A stretch of 64,000 bases of DNA from Octopus vulgaris (Eukaryota), in NCBI GenBank assembly GCA_951406725.2, contig OX597814.1, positions 37,696,001 to 37,760,000 of the forward strand, read 5' to 3'. Each line of letters opens with the position of its first letter. Position 1 is the first letter of the stretch. The translations under genes and the position numbers were made by a program. This document shows, one piece after another, positions 55,245-64,000 of this stretch. The notes under the pieces were generated by a model. It did no database searches. It worked only from the letters and a program-made list of their open reading frames with translations, and was not told the origin of the DNA.

Positions 55245-55863
55245 TTGAGACGTACAGGCACACACATTTCCCTAAGGAAAAACTGCGTTTTATTTTGGCG
55301 TGGAAACAAGTACCCTGATCTCCTCATGTGTCGCAAGCTCCTTATTTTTGTTCGGAAAAATATATTGGGGCAGAACCAAACCTCCTATCCTAGAATCATG
55401 GGAAATACCTTTGTTTTTGTTGAATGAATTGCGGTGACTTCCTAATATGCCACTAAATACATTCCTTTTTTCCAGAAATCGGTGGTTGGGGTGGAATCCG
55501 CGGAAATTGCACCGCTACTCTTCCCAGAATCATTGGAAAATGCTTGTTTTTCTGTCATATTTTACCAATACAAATGCTACTTCCTTATATAATGATTCTC
55601 ATCTCTCTCTCTCTCTCTCTCTCTCTCGTCAATTTGAGTGGGAAAAATCCAACTTGATTTGTCTTCTAAAACGCTGGACCGCAGACTGAAATACTTATAT
55701 TAATAAATATATTGATGACATTTGGAAGAAATTTTACATTTTTTGGGGGGGTTAAACCAATGATTTGACAACAAAATATGTAATATTCTTGTCTAAATAT
55801 ACACAATCATACATACACAGACACAGGCACACACACAAAAACAGGAAAACACGCAAGCACAGT

Positions 55864-55914
<51 letters not shown>

Positions 55915-56124
55915 ATGCATGTAAACACACATTTCATAGAGTACAACTTCACAAAAACTATTTTTAGCATAAAATGTTAACATCATGAAAATATTGATAG
56001 TGACAACTAGTAAATATTTATTTAATAACGAACCATAGATAAATATATATATATATATACATAAATAAATATATATAAATATATAATATACATAAATAAA
56101 TAAATAAATAAATATATATATATA

Positions 56125-56159
<35 letters not shown>

Positions 56160-56700
56160 GCATACACACACATTTCTTATACTCTGACTTCAGAAAAACA
56201 TATTTTTAGCATAAAGTACACACAATAGAAATGTTAACATATTAATTCATATAATAGCAAGTAGTAAATATATATTCAATAACAGTCCATGTAATCTTAC
56301 ACTCTCTCAAATGTACTTCTGTAAAATATTGGCTGTAGGGTCTGAGCTCTCCGAGGGTTCCACCTCATCCTAACTCAGTTTTCCAGACAAAAAGCGTGTC
56401 CTGTAACATATTAGGAGTTCACCGTAATTCATTCAACGAAAAAGAGAAAATCATTTCCCACAAATTCTGAGAAGGTGGGTGAAATTTCCAATGATTACAC
56501 TCCGCATACACCAGTTTTCGGACAAAAAAGTGTTTCGTGGCATATTAGGAGGTCACCGTAATTCATTCGGCCAAAAAGATGATACGAATTTTTTTTTTCC
56601 GCATATAAATAAGGGTTTTGCGAGACTTTAGGAGGTCAGGATACTGGATTCCATGCAAAAAATCCACTTTTTTTTAGTGAAATGCGTGCGTGCGAACTTC
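55245..56700. repeat. Large diverged inverted repeat with internal tandem duplications
   Basis: 55420-55455 (TTGAATGAATTGCGGTGACTTCCTAATATGCCAC) is the reverse complement of ~56537-56570 and ~56405-56437. 55255-55355 pairs with ~56597-56697. A diverged direct repeat lies at ~55925-56040 and ~56165-56293. Confidence 0.7.
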
Positions 56701-57785
56701 CCGAAATTTACCCACAATTTTTTTTTTTTGATCTCTCCCAGACATTTCATATTTTCTGATTGTCTGTCGATCGATCGTTCTCTCTCTTGCTCTCTCGCTC
56801 TCTCTCACCCTGTTTTGTGGTGCAAGTACTAATCTTTTCTTCTCTATAACTCACTCTATTCCTCTTTCTCTCTCTCACTCTCGCTTTTGTTTTTCTCTCT
56901 TATATCTGTACCCTTTAATACACCATTATCAGCAGTATGTCTGCTTCTCCTCTGCCACCAGCCTAAGGGAAAAACCATTTGCAATTTTTATAAACTGAAT
57001 CTAAGCAGCATCAGCAGCGGCAATTGCAGCAGCAAGTGTATTTTCCTCAGGAAAATTCAAAATCTGGTAGCGATGTGACTTACTAATATCCCATCTTTGA
57101 AACTGGAACCGTCACCAGCGTGCTCGATCCATAAGACCATTATTGGCCAACGTGAATAAAAAAAATGTGCATGCACCAAGATGTGTCTTATTTATTTCTC
57201 ACAGACTTTCAATCAAAGAACGAGAAATAGAAGTGCGAAACATGACAAGTTTCATAAGTGTGAAGAATGAAAATCTGCCAGCAAACATTGATTACAAAAA
57301 GAACAATATATATAAAAAAAGAGGGAACAGCTAAATCTGAAAACACAAATGAGTTATACACCAGTTGATTGATACAAATAGTATTAAGATCAAACTCTCT
57401 AAAACATACGAGAATGCAACCATCGTTTGAAAAACACCATTACAGAAAGAGAGAAAAAGAGAGAGAGATGGAGAGAAAACCTACTAGTCAAGGTATTTCA
57501 CTTAGGGATTACCAAGGAAAGTAAAATGCCTTCTAAATGATATGACATATTAATTCCAACACACGACAATGCATCTCAATAACAAATGGTATAACTGACA
57601 AATTATAAAGATCTGGAAGTAAAGATAACCTGAGTGTGTGACCTGAAAGCGCATTTTTGGACCTGGTAAATATCTATCGATTGGAAGCATACACACAACA
57701 TCAGATGTCAAGTGTCAGACATACATACAGAACTCGCCCGCGCGTACATATATGTATGTATATATATATATATATATATATATAC

Positions 57786-57915
57786 AAGGGCTCTTTTAGG
57801 TCCGTCTACCATATCCACTAAAGAGGCTTTTGTCGGCCTGATCCTATATTAACAGATACTTGCCCTAAGTACCACACAATGATGCTGAACTCAGAACCGT
57901 ATGGTCGGGAAGTAC
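57786..57915 (-). mobile_element. Degenerate tRNA-derived SINE (family 2)
   Basis: CCGTCTACCATATCCACT..GGCTTTTGTCGGCC..GATACTTGCCCTAAG..CTGAACTCAGAACC matches 10921-11075. Confidence 0.75.
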
Positions 57916-59171
57916 AAACCCGATAAAACATATACATTTTTAGAAATGTACATAGATACATATATATTAATAAATGTAGAGTTACCCTGAGAGAAGAACA
58001 GTGACACAGTCACATTTCTGCTTCATTGCTAACATTGATACTATTTTTACTGTAATAGCTATTTCTATCAATAGATAGATTTTAAAAGCTTTGATATAAT
58101 TGTGTGTAGTACGGTAGAGAAATCCATTCAACATTTGCAATCTTTGCGTCAAGAAGTCTTACGTACGTCAATGAATCATTTCGTATGCATTGCACAGCCA
58201 TATTATATTTGATTTCTGAGGCGTTCGCAAGATATTGTCAGTTGGTCAGTGGCCAAAGCTGGTAATATAGTCATTTAGATGCAATGACCTAGACTAGAGT
58301 TTCAATCCGAGCAATGTGCTTGAATTACCTGACCTGGCTTAACTAAGAAATTCAATTAGCGGTTTTCACTTTGTGTTAGGTATTAATATCTTTTGAATGG
58401 ACATTTGTGTTTGATATCTCTAAATGAAAGGAGACTGCTAACATAGACGGTATACACAAGGGTATTAATGGCAGAGAATGAACTTAGTATATAATATGTG
58501 GTTGATGTTCGGCACTTTACAACCAATAAAACAATATTTAGATGAGGGTTGTATATTAACGAGTGAACGACGTATAAACTGTTAATATGTGTAGGTGCAT
58601 GTATATGTGTGTTTTCGTACGTGTGTGGCCTCAATAGATCATAAACTTTTACGTATCGGTTCAAAATTTGAATAAATTGCCTTGTCATGACGAAAAGGAA
58701 ACACATAATGTTTCAGACAAAACTCGTCGTATAACAATATTTTTCTCATGGCTCTGAAAGAATAGACTAAGGCCATTAAGTGGAAGAAGCTATAAACTAA
58801 TTAATATTATGTAAGGAGAGGACAACTGAAAATATAAATTGATTCTCAAGTTAAAATGAGTTGAGAGGATGCAGCAAATAACGATTACAAAAAGAGAAAA
58901 ACAATCTGTGGTTATCTCCTAAATTGTACATATGATAAAAACAAAACGAACGACTATAAATTTTGAAGCACAAGATCAGTGGCTTTCAGGGGAGTTATAA
59001 AACAGTTTTCTAATATCAGAGTTCCGGTCAATTGGTGGCTAATTTTGGCATATGTTTGAGATTGTTAAAAATATGTAGCATTGGAAGTACTAAGAAAATT
59101 GGTATCGGATAAAAACAACTCCATAAATCTTCTATTCTATTGCCTCGATTAGTAATCATTATTTGTAATTG

Positions 59172-59635
59172 AGAGCTGACAAAATCCTTAAGCATGCCGG
59201 TTAAAATGCTTAACGGTGTTTCGTCTAATCTGTACGGCGGCGAGCTGGCAGAAACGTTAGCAAGCCTGGCGAAATGCTTAGCGGTATTTCGTTTGCCGCT
59301 ATGTTTTGAGTTAAAATTCCGCTGAGGTCGGCTTTGCCCTTCATCCTTTCGGGGTCGATTAAGTAAGTACCCGTTAGGCACTGGGATCGATATAATCGAC
59401 TTAATCCGTTTGTCTGTCCTTGTTTGTCCTCTCTGTGTTTAGCCCCATATGGGTAGTACAGAAATAGGTATTTCGTCTAATCTGTACGCTCCGATTTCAA
59501 ATTGCATAGATGCTGACTTAGCCTTACACTTGTACGGGGTCGATGAAATATTACCAGTTGAGTGCAAGGGTCAATGAAAACTATTATATGTCCCTCCCCA
59601 AAATTTCAGAGCTCGTGCCTATAATAGAAAGAATT
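59172..59635 (+). mobile_element. Old family 1 SINE interrupted by a younger family 1 SINE
   Basis: The degenerate head at 59172-59235 resumes at 59488 with B-box, core GGGGTCGATGAAATATTACCAG and tail. Confidence 0.75.
59236..59466 (+). mobile_element. Young tRNA-derived SINE (family 1) with TSD
   Basis: GGCGGCGAGCTGGCAGAAACGTTAGC head, core CCTTCATCCTTTCGGGGTCGAT and tail ..TTTAGCCCCATATGGG..GAAATA. The TSD GGTRTTTCGTCTAATCTGTAC lies at 59215-59235 and 59467-59487. Confidence 0.92.
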
Positions 59636-62457
59636 ATTAATAACTGCACGTCAGTTATAAAACACGTGTAGATAAGCAGCAGACTTTATATTTTTACACA
59701 CTTCATTCCTTTTGTTTAAAATTTACGAGGTGACCTCTATCACTTCCCGTCTTACATCTAGATTGTGCTTGTGTATGAAATTTTATCCTGTAAAATTATT
59801 TCCCGAATGAACTTGTATTACATTTGGTAATGCTAGAAAAAGTAACCGGAGGAGATGTTATGAAATTAAACTTCAGAACCGATTAATACTATTGTGATTT
59901 AATACAACTGTAGACATTTAGCATACGCAACAGGAAAATTTATCATTCTGGCAACGGTGCAAATGCTCTTTTCGGTAGTGGATAGAAGAGATGAATACAA
60001 CAGGTAAAAAAAAAAAGAAAATGGCAGGGAAGATAACAGAGACAATTACATAGACGCTGCAGAGCTGACGTAATCAGAAATATGTTAATAGTAGAGTGTG
60101 TTCTTGCGTGTGGTTGTATGGTGTGTGTGTTATGTAAATATTTAGGCTATATATATAATCAACATAGCTAGGGGAAAAAGCACTTTGAGCTTATTTCTTT
60201 CAAATCGAGAATAATTAATCGACATATTTATTTAGATTGGGATTGAGAAACACAGTCATCTTCTACAATGAGAGGGAGTAAAGAACATTATATAAAAGAA
60301 AAATAAGCATAGTGTAAAATATTGAACGAAAATATAACCTCGTTATCTATGGAGTAGATTTATAATATATAGATCTAAATATAGGCTATAACTCCGGAAT
60401 TTAATGAAGATGTCGAAAAGTGTTACAGAAGTTATGAGAAAAATATAGGTTATTTCGTTTGCAGGATATATGCTTAAATGCAGAGAATCTGCAAAAATGA
60501 GAGTTTCTTCGACAAATGCATTTGACGTCTATGATGAATTGTGGTTTTCGATTAAATCACGAAAATTTAGTAAATAATATTAAAGCCATTGTTTGTTTCT
60601 TTGATATACGAGTCCCAGGACGATTAGTAGTATGATTTAATGAGGCAGATTGACAAGAATGTCTTCAAGAAACTGCAACCAAATGTATTTAGCTGAACTT
60701 AATGACATATGTTTACTGCATAAACATTTACTGAGATAGATATGAGAAATCAGGATTATTTAGAAGATTTAGGTTAGGGATTTTATATTCCGAAATTAAT
60801 ATCATATCAGAAAAGGATACGGGAAATATTTGTTGCGGAATTTTGGTTGCTTGCAGTAAATTTAGATTTCCTGAATTTTCAAAAGTTATTCTGTAGAAGT
60901 ACGTCCAAGTGTTGGCAATAGTGTTGGCTCTGTTGTCCGGTTGATCGTGATATAATACCGACTTTTGAAGAGTGGAAAGCCATTAATTTGTGAAGCAGAG
61001 TTACTGCAACATTTGAAAATTTAATTGATGAAAATTAAAGGTACTTTTTCAACAAGCCAGTAATGATGCTTCTAACGGTTGATTGATTTCCAACCGAGAG
61101 TGAACAAATCACTCTTAACGAACTTTCAACTGACTGTAATATCGGAGTCACTGCACACTGAATAATGAAGCCCTGGTTAACACAGATCAGAAAATAATGT
61201 GAGACCTCATCGCTGGAAGTGGTTCGCCATAGATTTACTCGCACAAGCTTGATTAGGTCTCATGTATGTAGATGCATGTGTAGTATTGGGAACTAAATTG
61301 AAACATGCCACCATTTTGATGAGTCGAATTTAGCGTCATTTAATTTAAATTTTGACTTGAGTTTTAAATTACAACTTTTTCCAGGGAAGCACCGTATATT
61401 TTACTATGGTTGTATTGGTACAATAACATGTGTAATTATTTGTTCTCTATAAGTTTGAAAGAATATTATGCAGGCATAAATTCCGTAACACTATGTTAAG
61501 GGAACATAGAAAAACAATACATAGGAAACAAAAATCTACTCATAGAAAATGTATAAATTTTTTGTAAGATAAGCACAAAATATAAAAACAAATAGAGAAA
61601 ATGACCATATCACATTATCTGGGTTCAATCTGGGTTATTCACCGTATAAACGTTATATGAAATAACCTATTGGTACATTGTAATTTGCAATGCAAGTATG
61701 AAACTTTATGAATATCACCTGATATATAAATCATTTATTAATACCATTTGCAATTGCAAGGAAGTGCGCAACGGAACGGCATAATCAGCAAATGGAAAAG
61801 TATTTCATTAGCAGAATTTTGCCTATGTGTATATATCTTTTGGAAATTTAAGTTTAGCTCAAACATGAACAGGCTTCATATATTTCTCAAAATGCATTGT
61901 GGATCCATGGCAAATAGCTGTTACTAAATCAGTTTGCATTTCATCTAGATGTATATGGATATATATTTATAACTGTCTTCAATCCGAGATATTCTTCAAG
62001 AATTTTCTGAGCAAAGGCTTTGCTTCTTTGAGACATTTATTTTATTTCAGACTTGATAGGTGATGCTATACCAGGGGAATATATGCAGTGAAAGAGATAT
62101 CCCGATATAGTTTGTTCATTTTCTACCAAACTTACGGGGGCCAAAAGTTTGAGCATAGACATCTTCTTGTGTATATATGTAGGTGTATGTATACATACAT
62201 ACACACACAAACACAAACACACACGCACACACACACACACACAATTCACATATGAGATCCAATGATTCTCCGTGCAGAAGGCACTTAGTAGTGCTCAACA
62301 ATTTCAAACTGAGATTCAACAGATCAATTCCATGGGGTAAAGAATGGCAATAAGTAAGATTAGGTTGAGTTGATATAGAAGTAATTATGCAGATAAACAA
62401 ATTAGATATATTGGATATATTAGTTTGGGTATGAAACACAATATATATATATATATA

Positions 62458-62798
62458 ACGCCACACCCTCTCTGTGCACCATATAACCGTCTTTCTCAAT
62501 ATTTGATAGGTCCAACTCTGTTCTTTCGTCACGTCAGTAAATTTCTTTTCACCTAATTCTCTGCCCATCTTTTTTAGCGCCATTATCAGTTCTTCCTCCG
62601 AAGAAGACAACTCAGAACCACCAAGGTCCGAGGAACACATTCCACCTTCTTCCACTAACCCACCCAACTCTCCCTAAAGCGGAGAGAAAGCACCACCAGC
62701 AATACCGCTGCAAAGCAGCACAAAAGCGTTTCACAGAGTGTCAAAAAACGCCGACACAAAATTACAAATGTAAAAATAACTTACAAAAACTCAACTGA
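62458..62798 (-). mobile_element. 5' end (UTR and ORF1 N-terminus) of a probable L1/Tx1-like element
   Basis: Starts TCAGTTGAG immediately after the poly(A) of the adjacent element. It encodes MCSSDLGGSELSSSEEELIMALKKMG..TYQILRKTVIWC and then breaks into (TA)n. Confidence 0.5.
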
Positions 62799-64000
62799 TT
62801 ATTTTTTTTTTTGCCCACAAGTGGCCAACACAGATGGGATAATACAAAGACATGTGGGGACATATAACACAAAAATTAAAAATAAAATAAAATAAATAAA
62901 TTGAATATCAACCAAATAAATATGATGGCATAAATAATGCCTTAAAAATGAAAAAAATGAAAATGTGCTACTAGCCCCACCTCTAGCAGCAACACTTACT
63001 TCATTCTGAATCCCGAATCCTTTAAAATGTCCACTCCGATTTTTTTTAAATTCCTCATAACTTACTTTTACCGGTATCCTTTTGAAGTTCACCTCAATCT
63101 TCCAATACTTAAAAACATTTTTTTAAAATTTTGTAGTCGCTTCCTTTTGGCTCTAAGAAACCAGCAGATATATGCGCCATTCCACAACACTAGTACATCC
63201 ATCAGCATCCACAAATTTTGCTGTCTTCCATCTTGTTACCTCATGTATCAGTTCCTCGTCTACATAATCTGTTAACACACATACATAGCTATTTTCCGAG
63301 GGGGTGGGATTTTATGAATCTACTGGTGTCTGTTTCTCTCTTTTTCTTTAATACATTGTGAAGGGAAAGAGTGGGTGGGTTTGGTCTCTGTGGGGAAAGG
63401 GCGGGTAGGGTGGGAATTGCTTAGGGTTCTACATCACACTGTTCTTTCTTCCTCTTTTTCCTTCTTTCCTCTACGACAGTCCATGATTCTTCCTTTTTCT
63501 TTTCTTTCATCTGTTCCTCCACTTGCGTCTTCTCCGACTCTTTATCCTCTTTTTCCAGGCTATGCTTCTGCAGAGGCCAGTTTGCTCAAATGTGGCTCTT
63601 TTGGCCACATTTAAAACAACGAGGTATTCTGCCCTCCACCCACGCTCTCAAGATTATGCCTTCTACAGTCACTGTCTCCTCCAAATTTTCCAAGGTTTCT
63701 ACTTCCGCCGAACAATGAGTTCTAATGCTTTCCCTTTCAATATCCTCTCTTCCGTTTCCGTTGCTTAGAGGGCGACCACTTCGGCTTCACTTCCAAAGAG
63801 CCGCAACCCAAGCCACATCTCTGGCGGGATTCCCTCTACCCTGATCGTAGATGTCCTCCGTCCAAGATACATGGTTAGAAGGACAACTTTATTCGATTTC
63901 ACCGTGTTTATGGCCAGCCTCCTCACAACTTCCTCCGTCCTGAACTGGGCCAACATCCGCCCCATATTTGTTTCCTCTTGTTAAAACACCACATCCTTAG
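62799..64000 (-). mobile_element. L1/Tx1-like ORF1 (gag-like) pseudogene running to a poly(A) end without ORF2; continues beyond the window
   Basis: RRM-like YGRMLAQFRTEEVVRRLA, YLGRRTSTIRVEGIPP and zinc knuckle VEGRIPRCFKCGQKSHI*ANW (CX2CX4HX4[C>W]). The 3' end is ..GGCCACTTGTGGGC-A11. Confidence 0.7.

Noticed and set aside
59236-59325. tRNA gene
   Set aside because: A/B-box-like motifs belong to SINE heads. There is no cloverleaf, and they continue into SINE core and tail.

Overview
AT-rich, repeat-saturated eukaryotic DNA, most likely from a coleoid cephalopod (Octopus-like). This is inferred from the recurring tRNA-derived SINE families and the very dense (TA)n/(CA)n/(TAA)n microsatellites. 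No host protein-coding gene, rRNA, tRNA gene or CRISPR array can be supported, so the window looks intergenic or intronic, and most listed ORFs are microsatellite artefacts. Recognisable elements are a DD41D Tc1/mariner transposon (7309-8575), an R4/Dong LINE inside a (TAA)n tract (13558-15442), a CR1-type LINE fragment (31995-33155), a solo LTR (38090-39239), a full-length decayed RTE LINE (44530-48341), ORF1-only L1/Tx1-like pieces (62458-64000), four non-autonomous Helitrons and about a dozen SINEs. The most notable signal is non-coding. At least five unrelated short repeat families each carry a minimal type I hammerhead ribozyme fold. One is a young 588-bp-period element (12088-12885) with Penelope-style partial-tandem plus inverted ends and no ORF, i.e. 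a candidate cephalopod retrozyme or non-autonomous Penelope-like system. All alignments and folds were done by eye; nothing was searched or computed.
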